DNA from: Trueperaceae bacterium
Lineage (GTDB): Bacteria > Deinococcota > Deinococci > Deinococcales > Trueperaceae
Direction: 5' to 3'
NCBI GenBank assembly: GCA_034520945.1
Contig: JAXHNB010000006.1
Coordinates: 416,001 to 480,000, forward strand
DNA length: 64,000 nt
The notes under the pieces are model-generated. The model was given only the letters and a program-made list of their open reading frames with translations, was not told the DNA's origin and made no database searches. The first letter of the stretch is position 1, and the number at the start of each line of letters is the position of its first letter. Position numbers and translations under genes: made by a program. Shown here one piece after another: positions 9,477 through 18,839 of the stretch.

Positions 9477-9707
9477 GTGGCGGAAGTGGGAATTCGCGAG
9501 GCCAAGACGCACTTGTCGCGTCTATTGCGGCGTGTCGAGGCGGGCGAGGAGATCGCGATTCGACGGGGTAACACCGTCGTGGCCCGTTTGGTGCCCGCCG
9601 TGCCCGCGGGCAAGCGAATCTTGGGGATGGATGCGGGGCGCTACCAGGTTCCCGAGGACTTCGATGCGCCGCTCGACGAGGAGACGCTCGCGAGCTTCGC
9701 ACATTGA
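9477..9707 (+). CDS. Phd/YefM family antitoxin
   Basis: VGIREAKTHLSRLLRRVEAGEEIAIRRG...VPEDFDAPL; -10 TAGGCT 6 nt before the GTG. Confidence 0.9.
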   Translation: MAEVGIREAKTHLSRLLRRVEAGEEIAIRRGNTVVARLVPAVPAGKRILGMDAGRYQVPEDFDAPLDEETLASFAH

Positions 9708-9970
9708 CGATACGCCTCGACACCCATGTCTGGTTGTGGATGTTCACCACCCCGGAGCGGCTCGGGGGCCTCGCGGTGTGGTGGAAGATGCGTCAGCGAC
9801 GTTGCTGTTTGCGGCCGCATGGTCGTGGGAACTTGCCATCAAGCATTCGATCGGGCACCTGACACTACCCGAACCTCCCGAGCGCCATTTGCCGTCGCGC
9901 ATCCGTTCCTCGCAGGTGACGCCGGTCGGGGTGGACCACGCGCACGCGAGGAGGCTATTCCTCGACCGCA
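9704..9970 (+). pseudogene. vapC: Degraded VapC (PIN) toxin
   Basis: LDTHVWLW...PERL, then frameshift to WELAIKHSIGHL; C-terminal HRDPFDR region deleted. Confidence 0.8.
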
Positions 9971-9999
9971 GTCCCGCCCCCGCGCTATCTTGGCCCCCA

Positions 10000-10752
10000 A
10001 TGGACGCCGCGCTCGTAGGCACCCTGGCCGTCGCGATCCTCCTCATCGCGGCTCTGTACTCCGCCGTCGGGCACGGTGGCGCATCGGGCTACCTGGCGGC
10101 GATGGCGCTGTTCGGCCTGGCCCCGGAGGTGATGAAGCCGACGGCGTTGGCGCTGAACGTGCTGGTGTCCGGCCTGGCGTTGTGGCGTTTCTCCCGGGCG
10201 GAGGGGTTCGCGTGGCGAACGTTCGCGTTGTTCGCAGCGACCTCGGTGCCCATGGCGTTCGTCGGCGGGCGGGTGCTGCCGCCCGAACGGCTGTACCTGG
10301 CGCTAATCAGCGTGGCGCTGATCGTGGCGGCATTGCGGCTCTTGTTGCGTGCGCCGGCGGCGGATGCGCAAGGCGCGGCGCGGCGGGTGCCGGCGGGACC
10401 CGGGCTGGCGTGGGGCGGGGGCATCGGCTTCCTGTCGGGTCTCACGGGCGTCGGGGGCGGGATCTTTCTCCACCCGCTGCTGCAGATTACGGGTTGGGTG
10501 TCGCCGCGCAGGGCGGCGGCGGTGGTGGCGGCCTTCGTGCTGGTGAACTCGCTGGCGGGGCTGGCGGGCTACTGGAGTTCGCTACGCACCATTCCCGTCG
10601 CCATCGCCGTGTGGGCGCCCGCGGCGCTGGCCGGTGGCTTGGTCGGTACGGGGCTCGGCGCGCGCCGTTTCGGGACCGCGGCGCTGCAGCGGACCCTGGC
10701 GGTGGTGCTGCTGTTGGCCGCGACGCGGCTGGGGATTGGCGCGGCGACCTGA
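10000..10752 (+). CDS. Sulfite exporter TauE/SafE family membrane protein
   Basis: YSAVGHGGASGY and SGLTGVGGGIFL repeats; hydrophobic. Confidence 0.88.
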   Translation: MDAALVGTLAVAILLIAALYSAVGHGGASGYLAAMALFGLAPEVMKPTALALNVLVSGLALWRFSRAEGFAWRTFALFAATSVPMAFVGGRVLPPERLYLALISVALIVAALRLLLRAPAADAQGAARRVPAGPGLAWGGGIGFLSGLTGVGGGIFLHPLLQITGWVSPRRAAAVVAAFVLVNSLAGLAGYWSSLRTIPVAIAVWAPAALAGGLVGTGLGARRFGTAALQRTLAVVLLLAATRLGIGAAT

Positions 10753-10855
10753 ACGGCTCACGAGGGGGTGCGCTGCGCGTCTCTCGCTCGCGTCCGGGTG
10801 TCTTCGGCGCGGATGACGGCGGCCGGGCCGCGCGCCCGGACCGCCCGCGCGAGGA

Positions 10856-12535
10856 TCAGTCGATCCGCACGCGCGCCGGATCCACCAGCCACGCCTGCTC
10901 GCGCAACAACGGCGTGAACGCTCGCGCGAGCGTGGTGGGGTCCTGCGTGTTGGGCAGGACCGGGGCCTCCGGCGCCTGGACGTTCCAGGTCGGCGCGTCG
11001 GGGTGCAGCCCCGCGCGTTCCTTGGCGAGGGCGACGGCCGTCGCCACGTCGCCGAGCTCGTCGACGAGGCCTACGTCGAGCGCGTCGCGGCCGGACCAGA
11101 GGCGGCCCCGGCCGATCTCGTTCACGCGCGCGGGCGACAGGCCCCGGCCGTCGGCCACGCGGTTCACGAAACGCTGATAGATCGCGTCGTTGTGCCGGTG
11201 CAGCAGTTCCCGTTCGTCGGGGTCCCAGCCGCGCGCCGAGGTGGTGAGGGTGGCGAAGCGGCCACGCTGCAGCGTCTCGGGGTTGAGGCCGTAGCGGGTG
11301 TTGAACTCCTCGAACACGAACTTGCCCATCACCACCCCGATCGAGCCGGTGATGGTGGTCGGCCCGGCCAGCACGCGGGTGGCGTGTGTGAGAACGTAGT
11401 AGCCGCCGCTCCCCGCCACCGCGCCCATTACCGCCACGACCGGCTTTCGCGCGGCGAGGCGCTGCACCGCGCGCCAGATCAGGTCGCTGGCCAGCGCCGA
11501 CCCGCCGCCGGAGTCCACGTACAGCACCACCGCGGCCGTGGTGGGGTCCCGCTCGGCGGCGCGCAGGGCCCGCACCAGCGTCTCGCTGCCGGCCAGCGCC
11601 CGGCCGAGCAGCGGGACCGGCACGGGCAGCCGCCGAGAGGTGCCCGGCACGATGGTGCCCTCCAGCGACACCACCGCGACCCGCTCCGGGGCGCGCGGAG
11701 GAACGCGCGCCGGCAGGAAGCGTGCCGCGCCGGCGTACTTCGCGTGGCGCTCGCCGATGGCCTCGTCCTCGTAGGCGACGCGGTCGATCATGCCGAGGTC
11801 GCGGGCCTCCTCTGCCGAGGGGACGCCGCGATCGATCCAGTCGCGCACCGCCGCCGGCGTGTGGCCTCGGGCCGCGCCGACCGTCTCGAGGTAGCTTTGC
11901 TCGATGCTGTCGAGGAGCGCGTCGGTCTGCGCGCGTTGCGCCTCGCTCATGGCGGGCAGGGCGAAGGTGTCGCCGGCGTTCTTGAACTCCTCGATCGCGA
12001 GCTTCTCGAAACGCACCCCGAAGCGGTTCAGGCCCTCCGCCATGAACGTGTTGGTGACGGCCATACCGGTCACCTGCATGGTGGCGCCCTCCGGCGCGAT
12101 GATTTCGTCCGCGGCGGTGGCGAGGAGGTAGCTCGCGTGGTTCAGCTCGGCGGCATGAACGATCAGCCGCTTGCCGCCGGTGCGCAGGCGCTCGAGTTGG
12201 GTCCGCAGCGCCAGGGCCGTGGCCAGGCCGACGGAGAGGTCGCCGAGGCGCACCACCACGCCCTCCACCCACGGGGCGTCCAGCAGGGCGGTGACCTGCG
12301 CCTCGAAGGCCTCTTGCGAGACCTCCTGCGCGGATCCCAGGAACCGGTCGGGGGAGAGGAGCCGGCGCGTGCGCCGCCGGGCGGGGAAGGCGCCGTGCAA
12401 CTCGAGCACCACCCATGCCGGGCGGTCGCCGGGCAGGAAACGCACGACGGCGTTCTGCAGGCGCGCTGCGGCGTTGCGAAGGCGGGCGGCGCCCGTGGGG
12501 ACGGCGCGCTTCCATGCGTTCGGGGGTCGTGCCAT
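10856..12535 (-). CDS. sppA: Signal peptide peptidase SppA (S49)
   Basis: FKNAG, VDSGGGSALASD, AGSGGYY, TGSIGV, GRLWSG motifs. Confidence 0.92.
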   Translation of the reverse strand: MARPPNAWKRAVPTGAARLRNAAARLQNAVVRFLPGDRPAWVVLELHGAFPARRRTRRLLSPDRFLGSAQEVSQEAFEAQVTALLDAPWVEGVVVRLGDLSVGLATALALRTQLERLRTGGKRLIVHAAELNHASYLLATAADEIIAPEGATMQVTGMAVTNTFMAEGLNRFGVRFEKLAIEEFKNAGDTFALPAMSEAQRAQTDALLDSIEQSYLETVGAARGHTPAAVRDWIDRGVPSAEEARDLGMIDRVAYEDEAIGERHAKYAGAARFLPARVPPRAPERVAVVSLEGTIVPGTSRRLPVPVPLLGRALAGSETLVRALRAAERDPTTAAVVLYVDSGGGSALASDLIWRAVQRLAARKPVVAVMGAVAGSGGYYVLTHATRVLAGPTTITGSIGVVMGKFVFEEFNTRYGLNPETLQRGRFATLTTSARGWDPDERELLHRHNDAIYQRFVNRVADGRGLSPARVNEIGRGRLWSGRDALDVGLVDELGDVATAVALAKERAGLHPDAPTWNVQAPEAPVLPNTQDPTTLARAFTPLLREQAWLVDPARVRID

Positions 12536-12584
12536 GGGTCAATCTACCGGAGCAGGCGCACCCTGGCACGCAGTCGCGGGCGAT

Positions 12585-13262
12585 TCAGAACTGAATGGTT
12601 CTGCCCGGCAGCACGCCCACGCGCTCGATCACGAAGGTCTGCTGATCGAAGTCGAAGTGGGCGATCAGGTGCAGCACGGCCGAGCCGGTGGCGTTCGCGA
12701 ACCGGCCGGCACCACCATCGAAGGCGATCTCGGCGAACACCTCGATGCCGTCGCCCTCCTGCTGCACGTCCAGGCGGTGGGTCTCGCCCCCGGTGAAATG
12801 GCCGACGAGCCGGTCGCCGTTGGTGCCGGTGAGCAATGCCTCGCCCGTGGCGCGCACGGTGGGTTGGCAGGCGTCCGCCAACGAGGAGGCGAACGGGTTC
12901 GCCTCGAACGCGTAGGGGTACGCATCCTGCCCCAGCACGGGGGCGAACGGCCCGGCGGCGTGGGGCGACCTGGGCGTGTACGTGGCCCGACCCGCATCGG
13001 GCTCGGTCGCGCCGACGTCCCAGGCGGCGGAGAGGGTGACGTCGAACGTGCCGAGGTCGACGAGCGAGGCCTCGCCGCCGATCTCGCCGCCCTCCATTTC
13101 GGCACCCCCGCAGAGGCGCTCGTGATCATGGGGGACCGCCCACGCCATGGCGAGGTCGTGATGATCGAGGGTGAAGCCTCGTGCGGTGGGGTCTTGGCTC
13201 TGGCATCCGGCCGCGATCAGCACGAGCGCCGCGAGCATGACCAGAATCTGAAACCTGTTCAA
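12585..13262 (-). CDS. Hypothetical lipoprotein
   Basis: TTG start after an AAAGGA RBS; signal peptide ending IAAGC. Confidence 0.65.
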   Translation of the reverse strand: MNRFQILVMLAALVLIAAGCQSQDPTARGFTLDHHDLAMAWAVPHDHERLCGGAEMEGGEIGGEASLVDLGTFDVTLSAAWDVGATEPDAGRATYTPRSPHAAGPFAPVLGQDAYPYAFEANPFASSLADACQPTVRATGEALLTGTNGDRLVGHFTGGETHRLDVQQEGDGIEVFAEIAFDGGAGRFANATGSAVLHLIAHFDFDQQTFVIERVGVLPGRTIQF

Positions 13263-13415
13263 GGGTCGTCCTTTCTTGGGGCGCCATGGTGCGTCGCATG
13301 GGCGCCCATGCTCATATGCACGAGTCGAAGTGCGTACCTCCATCATGGGCGTTTCCCAGCGCCGCGTCAATGCCGCGTGTCGGTCCTGGGGTTGCATGTC
13401 CCGGCCGGCCGCGGG

Positions 13416-13450
13416 TATGGTTCAACGGTGGTTGAGTCAACGGACGTTGA
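13416..13450 (+). promoter_or_regulatory. -10 box and two tandem TCAAC-N4-GTTGA palindromes (likely ArsR operators)
   Basis: TATGGT 13416; TCAACGGTGGTTGA 13422-13435; TCAACGGACGTTGA 13437-13450. Confidence 0.65.
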
Positions 13451-13460
13451 AACGACGGAT

Positions 13461-13769
13461 ATGAGGGCCCAGCGCTTCAAGGCGCTGGGCGATCCCACTC
13501 GGCTTCGCATCCTGTCGTCGTTGCAGGACTGCGAGCACTGCGCCTGCGAGCTGCAGGTGGCGGTCGACGTGCCCGGGAACTTGCTCTCGCACCACCTCAA
13601 GGTGTTGCGGGAAGCGGGTTTGGTGACGGCGACACGGCGCGGCCGCTGGGTCGACTACCGCATCGAGCGTGGCGTACTGGCCGGGCTCGCCGCCGATCTC
13701 GCGGAGGTGGCGGACGGGCCGGCGTCGTGCCGGATGGACGACACGCGCGAAGGGGCGTGTGGCGGATGA
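13461..13769 (+). CDS. ArsR/SmtB family regulator (alternative GTG start at 13428)
   Basis: FKALGDPTRLRIL, EHCACEL, SHHLKVLREAGLV. Confidence 0.92.
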   Translation: MRAQRFKALGDPTRLRILSSLQDCEHCACELQVAVDVPGNLLSHHLKVLREAGLVTATRRGRWVDYRIERGVLAGLAADLAEVADGPASCRMDDTREGACGG

Positions 13770-14830
13770 GGGCGCACGCACCCGCTCGGTGGCGGTTCCT
13801 GGGCCTCGCACCCGAGTGGGTCGCGGTGATCGCGGCCGGCGTCACCTGGGTGGCCCTCTACCTCACCATCCTGCCGTTCTGGAACTGGGTCGTGTACGAC
13901 CTCCTGACGCTCGACCCGAGCGGCCACTGGGGACAGGCCGCCCACTTCTTCCTCTACGACACGACCAAGATCCTGTTGCTGTTGGGCGGCATCATCTTCG
14001 TCGTGGCGGTGCTGCGCAGCTTCATGAGCGTGGAGCGCACCCGGGCGGTGCTCGGCGGGAAGCGACAGGGCGTCGGCAACGTCCTGGCCTCGGTGCTCGG
14101 CGTGATCACACCGTTCTGCTCGTGCAGCGCGGTGCCCGCCTTCATCGGGTTCGTCTCCGCGGGGGTGCCTCTGGGCGTGACTCTGTCGTTCCTCATCGCA
14201 AGCCCGATGGTCGACGCCGTCGCGGTGACGCTGCTCTACGGCCTGTTCGGATGGCAGATCGCCGTGCTCTACGTCGCGTCGGGACTGATTCTCGCCACCC
14301 TGGCGGGGTTCGTGCTGGGCAAGATGAACCTCGAGCGCCATGTCGAGGCGTTCGTATACGAGACACGGGTCGGGACCCGCGGGAACGCCGGCGATCCGGC
14401 CGACGGCCTGTCGTGGCGCGAGCGGTTCGAACTCGGGCTCGACGAGGTCAAGACGGTCGTCGGCAAGATCTGGCCGTACCTGCTGGTCGGCATCGGTTTG
14501 GGGGCCGCCATCCACGGCTGGGTTCCCGAGTCGTTCTTCGCCGCGGTCGCCTCGCCCGGCAACGTCTTCGCCGTCCCGTTCGCGGTGCTGTTGGGCGTGC
14601 CGCTCTACAGCAACGTCGCGGGCATCCTGCCGCTCGTCGGCGCACTGCAGGCGAAAGGCCTGGCGATGGGCACGCTGCTCGCGTTCATGATGGCCGTGGT
14701 GGCGCTGTCGCTTCCGGAGATGATCCTGTTGCGGCGAGTCCTGAAGTGGCGCCTCATCGGCGTCTTCGTCGCCGTCGTCGCGGCCGGCATTCTGTTCACC
14801 GGCTACCTGTTCAACGCCATCTTGGGCTGA
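13766..14830 (+). CDS. ArsP/DUF318-type permease
   Basis: TPFCSCS, GVPLY, LSLPE motifs. Confidence 0.88.
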   Translation: MRAHAPARWRFLGLAPEWVAVIAAGVTWVALYLTILPFWNWVVYDLLTLDPSGHWGQAAHFFLYDTTKILLLLGGIIFVVAVLRSFMSVERTRAVLGGKRQGVGNVLASVLGVITPFCSCSAVPAFIGFVSAGVPLGVTLSFLIASPMVDAVAVTLLYGLFGWQIAVLYVASGLILATLAGFVLGKMNLERHVEAFVYETRVGTRGNAGDPADGLSWRERFELGLDEVKTVVGKIWPYLLVGIGLGAAIHGWVPESFFAAVASPGNVFAVPFAVLLGVPLYSNVAGILPLVGALQAKGLAMGTLLAFMMAVVALSLPEMILLRRVLKWRLIGVFVAVVAAGILFTGYLFNAILG

Positions 14831-14849
14831 GGCCCGAAGGGAGATTCGC

Positions 14850-15083
14850 ATGACCATTCGAGTACTGGGACCCGGCTGCGCCAACTGCAAGGCCACCGTG
14901 ACGCTGATCGAAGACGTCGCCCGGAGCATGGGCGTGGACGTGAGCGTCGAAAAGGTCGAGGACATGCGCGAGATCATGAGCTACGGCGTGATGTCCACGC
15001 CCGGCGTCGTCGTCGACGACACGGTCGTGCACGCCGGCGGCCGGCCGAGCCGCGACAAGGTCGCGACCTGGCTCGGCGCCTGA
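14850..15083 (+). CDS. Small thioredoxin-family redox protein
   Basis: VLGPGCANC...YGVMSTPG. Confidence 0.88.
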   Translation: MTIRVLGPGCANCKATVTLIEDVARSMGVDVSVEKVEDMREIMSYGVMSTPGVVVDDTVVHAGGRPSRDKVATWLGA

Positions 15084-15099
15084 AGGGGAGGGAACGACC

Positions 15100-15633
15100 A
15101 TGGACTTCACGAACCCGTCCAACGACCGCACCGACGCCCGGCGCGAGGCTCTTCCCGAAGCCTCTCAGATCGGTCCGACCACGGCCCTGCGCAGAATTCG
15201 GGACGAGGGGGCACTCCTCGTCGACGTGCGTGAACACGCCGAGGTCGACAGGCTCGCCTTCGACGTCCCCGGCGCGGTGACCGTCCCGATGAGCGAGTTC
15301 GAGCGGCGCTACGCCGAGCTCCCGCGCGACCGCGAGCTGGTTCTCGCCTGCGCGGTCGGGCAGCGTAGCCTCAAGGCGACCTACTACCTGATGTTCCAGG
15401 GGTACGGTCGCGTCGCCAACCTCTCCGGCGGAATGGCCGAATGGAGCCGCAATGGCTTCCCCGCGATCGGGGAGGCCGGAGCTGCCGTCGCGGCCGAGGC
15501 CGGAGGCTGCTGCTCGCCCGCGGCCGTGTCGAACGTGACCTTCGAGGCCGACGGCTGCGGCGCCCCTGCGGAGGCGGCCCCTGAAAGCTCGGCATGCTTC
15601 GGGCCGAGCGCCGGCTCTTCGTCGTGCTGCTGA
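15100..15633 (+). CDS. Rhodanese-domain protein with Cys-rich tail
   Basis: LVDVRE, CAVGQRS, NLSGGMAEW; tail GCC...SSCC. Confidence 0.85.
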   Translation: MDFTNPSNDRTDARREALPEASQIGPTTALRRIRDEGALLVDVREHAEVDRLAFDVPGAVTVPMSEFERRYAELPRDRELVLACAVGQRSLKATYYLMFQGYGRVANLSGGMAEWSRNGFPAIGEAGAAVAAEAGGCCSPAAVSNVTFEADGCGAPAEAAPESSACFGPSAGSSSCC

Positions 15634-15691
15634 GCGCTCGCCGTCCAGGTGGCGAGGACGGTGCGCCTCGCCGCCGAACTGGGGCTGGCCG

Positions 15692-16117
15692 ATGAGCGAC
15701 GACGCCTCCGGGAAGATGACCTTCGACGTGACCGCGCGGCGCGTCGACGCGCACGGCAGCCGCGCGGCTTGCAAGGACGCCGCGATCACGCTCGACACCG
15801 ACCTGGACGGCCGCCGCGACGCGTTCAATCCGGCCGAGTTGTTGCTGGCCTCGCTGGCGGCCTGCATCCTGAAGGGGATCGAGCGGGTCGTGCCGATCCT
15901 CGAGTTCGACGTCCGTGGGGTCGAGGTCGGCGTCCACGGCATTCGTCAGGACGTGCCGCCGCGGATGGAATCGATCCGCTACGAAATCGTCGTCGACAGC
16001 GACGAGGACGACGACCGCCTCGAGCTCCTCCACCGCAACGTTCGGAAGTACGGCACGGTGTTCAACACCGTGACGCCGGGAACGGACCTGTCCGGGAACC
16101 TGCGTCGGAAGGGCTGA
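15692..16117 (+). CDS. OsmC family protein
   Basis: FNPAELLLASLAAC; second Cys absent (KYGTVFNT). Confidence 0.85.
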   Translation: MSDDASGKMTFDVTARRVDAHGSRAACKDAAITLDTDLDGRRDAFNPAELLLASLAACILKGIERVVPILEFDVRGVEVGVHGIRQDVPPRMESIRYEIVVDSDEDDDRLELLHRNVRKYGTVFNTVTPGTDLSGNLRRKG

Positions 16118-16394
16118 CGCCCGGGACGGCAAACACGGCCGCATCTCGCATGACCCTGCGGATGGCGTGGTGCGTAAGGCGCTGGCCAGACGCTTCCTGC
16201 ATCACGCCGACCGGCGTCTCCGCGCGCGGTATACACGCGGCCGCCCCGTCCCTGGTAGGGCCGTGGAAGCGTGCGTCGTCGCATCATGTGTCCTACGCTG
16301 TGGTCCCGGCGCGCGACGCCGGGCCGGCGTGGGAGGAGCGCATGATCATGAACCGTCTCGGATTCGATCGTTGCCCAGCGGGGAGGTCCCGTCC

Positions 16395-17213
16395 ATGAAC
16401 GGCCGCCCGACGCTGATGGCGGTATTGGCCCACCCCGACGACGAGTCGTTGGGCACCGGCGGGGTGCTGGCGAAGTACGCCGCCGAGGGCGCGGAGGTGC
16501 ACCTGGTCACCGCCACGCTCGGCCAGCGCGGCTGGAAGGGGGCCAAGGAGGCTTACCCTGGTCCTGACGCGCTCGGCGAACTGCGCGAAGACGAGCTGCG
16601 GGCCGCCTGCGCGGCGCTTGGCGTCCACGAGTTGACGCTGCTGCGCTACATGGACGGCGCGCTGGACCAGGTGGAGCCGGCAGACGCGCAGCGGCGCATC
16701 GCAGGCGCGATCCGAAGCGCACGTCCCGACGTGGTGATCACCTTCGGTCCCGACGGCGTGTACGGCCACCCCGACCACATCGCGGTGTCGCAGTTCACGA
16801 CGGCCGCCTGTCTGGAGGCCGCCAGCGAGGCGGGCGCCGAGGGAACGCCGGCGCATCGCGCCGCCAAGGCGTACTACCTAGCCCCGCCCGAGGACGAGTT
16901 GGCCAGCTACCAGGCGGCGTTCGGCGACCTGAAGAAGCGGGTCGGCAATGTGGAGCGGCGTTTTCCCGGCTGGAAAGACTGGGCGATCACCACGCGCGTG
17001 GACACCTCCGCGTACGTGTCCAAGGTGTGGGACGCGATCCGTTGCCACCGTTCGCAGTTGCGGGACTTCGAGAAGCTGATGAACCTGCCCGACGAACAGC
17101 GGCAGCGCATTTTCGGGCAGCAGACCTACTACCGGGCGTTCAGCCTCGTGAACGGCGGCAGCGCACGCGAAACCGACCTGTTCGCGGGCATCGCCGAAGC
17201 GACGGAGGCTTGA
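16395..17213 (+). CDS. PIG-L/LmbE family N-deacetylase
   Basis: AHPDDES, YGHPDH, HRSQ motifs. Confidence 0.9.
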   Translation: MNGRPTLMAVLAHPDDESLGTGGVLAKYAAEGAEVHLVTATLGQRGWKGAKEAYPGPDALGELREDELRAACAALGVHELTLLRYMDGALDQVEPADAQRRIAGAIRSARPDVVITFGPDGVYGHPDHIAVSQFTTAACLEAASEAGAEGTPAHRAAKAYYLAPPEDELASYQAAFGDLKKRVGNVERRFPGWKDWAITTRVDTSAYVSKVWDAIRCHRSQLRDFEKLMNLPDEQRQRIFGQQTYYRAFSLVNGGSARETDLFAGIAEATEA

Positions 17214-17217
17214 CGCC

Positions 17218-18741
17218 ATGGACGGACACGAACCCACCCTCGCCCGCCGCAGGACCGCCCCGATCGAGATGGACCCCGACGCGTTCCGCGCGGCCGGCCA
17301 CCAGTTGGTGGACCGACTGGCGGACTTCCTGGCCACGCTGCCGGAGCAGCCGGTCTCACCCGGCGCCGCCCCGGCCGAAGTGCGTGCCTTGCTTTCGCCA
17401 CGGCCGTTGCCGGCGGAGGGCGAAGACCCGGCTCGGCTGGTGGAGGAGAGCGCCGAGCTGTTGTTACGACACTCGTTGTTCAACGGGCACCCGCGCTTCT
17501 TCGGCTACATCACCTCCTCCGCCGCGCCGATCGGGGCGTTGGGCGACATGCTGGCGGCGGCGGTGAACCCCAATGTCGGGGGTTGGCCGCTGTCGCCGAT
17601 GGCCAGCGAGATCGAGGCGCAGACGGTGCGGTGGATCGCGGAACTGATCGGCTACCCGGTCGAGGCGGGCGGCCTGCTGGTCAGCGGCGGCAACGCCGCC
17701 AACCTGGTGGGGTTCTGGACCGGGCGCCACGCCATGCTAGGGCGGGTCCGCACGGGCGACGCCGCGGCCGATGCGGCGCTGCCGTCCAAGCTCCGCGCGT
17801 ACGTCTCGGCCGAGACGCACACCTGGATCGACAAGGCGGCCGACCTGTCCGGCCTGGGGCGCGACGCCGTCCGCTGGGTGCCCACCGACGCCGAGCTCCG
17901 CATGGACCTGGACGCCTTGCGCGAGATGATGCGCCAGGACGAGTCGGACGGCCTGCGACCGTTCCTGGTGGTCGGCACGGCCGGCACCGTCAGCACCGGC
18001 GCGGTGGATCCCCTCCGCGCGTTGGCCACGCTCTGCCGCGAGAAGGGCCTGTGGTTCCACGTGGACGGGGCCTACGGCGCGCCGGCGGCGGTGCTTCCGG
18101 GCGGGCCCGAAGACCTGGCGGCACTGGCGCTGGCGGACTCGCTGGCGGTGGATCCGCACAAGTGGCTGTACGCCCCGCTGGAGGCGGGCTGCGCCTTCGT
18201 GCGCGATCCGGGCGCGCTGCGAGACACCTTCACGTACCACCCGCCGTACTACCCCGACGAGTGGACGCGCGAGGACGCGCCGATCACGTACAGCGCGTAC
18301 GGTCCGCAGAACTCACGCGGCTTCCGCGCCCTGAAGGTGTGGCTGGCGCTGCGACAGGTCGGCCGCGAGGGGTACGTGCGGATGATCGGCGACGACGTGG
18401 CACTGGCCGGCGCGTTGCGCCAGCGGGTCGAGGAGACGCCCGCGTTGGAGGCGGGGCCGGGGGACCTCAGCATCTGCACCTTTCGGTACGTGCCAGGCGA
18501 TCTACGAGGCGACACGGCCGCACACGCGGTGTACCTCGACGACCTCAACCGGACGGTGCTGCAGCGCATGCAGGACGGCGGCCAAGCGTACCCGTCGCAC
18601 GCCGTGGTGGACGGCCGCTTCCTGCTGCGGGCCTGCATCGTCAATTTCCGCACGGACACGCCCGACGTAGAGGCGCTGGCCGAACTGACGGTGCGGCTGG
18701 GGCGCGAGGTGGACGCGGAGATGCGCGGCGCGGGCGTGTGA
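17218..18741 (+). CDS. Group II PLP-dependent amino acid decarboxylase
   Basis: HPRFFGY, HVDGAYG, DPHKW, SRGFRALK. Confidence 0.92.
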   Translation: MDGHEPTLARRRTAPIEMDPDAFRAAGHQLVDRLADFLATLPEQPVSPGAAPAEVRALLSPRPLPAEGEDPARLVEESAELLLRHSLFNGHPRFFGYITSSAAPIGALGDMLAAAVNPNVGGWPLSPMASEIEAQTVRWIAELIGYPVEAGGLLVSGGNAANLVGFWTGRHAMLGRVRTGDAAADAALPSKLRAYVSAETHTWIDKAADLSGLGRDAVRWVPTDAELRMDLDALREMMRQDESDGLRPFLVVGTAGTVSTGAVDPLRALATLCREKGLWFHVDGAYGAPAAVLPGGPEDLAALALADSLAVDPHKWLYAPLEAGCAFVRDPGALRDTFTYHPPYYPDEWTREDAPITYSAYGPQNSRGFRALKVWLALRQVGREGYVRMIGDDVALAGALRQRVEETPALEAGPGDLSICTFRYVPGDLRGDTAAHAVYLDDLNRTVLQRMQDGGQAYPSHAVVDGRFLLRACIVNFRTDTPDVEALAELTVRLGREVDAEMRGAGV

Positions 18742-18825
18742 GGCGCGCGGCGCCCGTCGGTATCGCGCGCTTCCATGCGTTCGGAGGTCGTGCCATGCGT
18801 GAATCTACCGGAGCGGGCCTGCACC
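18742..18825 (-). repeat. Degenerate copy of the sppA promoter and first ~18 codons (matches ~12481-12562)
   Basis: GCGCGCTTCCATGCGTTCGG(G/A)GGTCGTGCCATG...AATCTACCGGAGC in both copies. Confidence 0.85.
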
Positions 18826-18839
18826 GACTGGGTGGTGCT

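Noticed and set aside
16118..16394. Riboswitch upstream of the deacetylase
   Set aside because: Only a generic GC hairpin; no recognisable aptamer motifs
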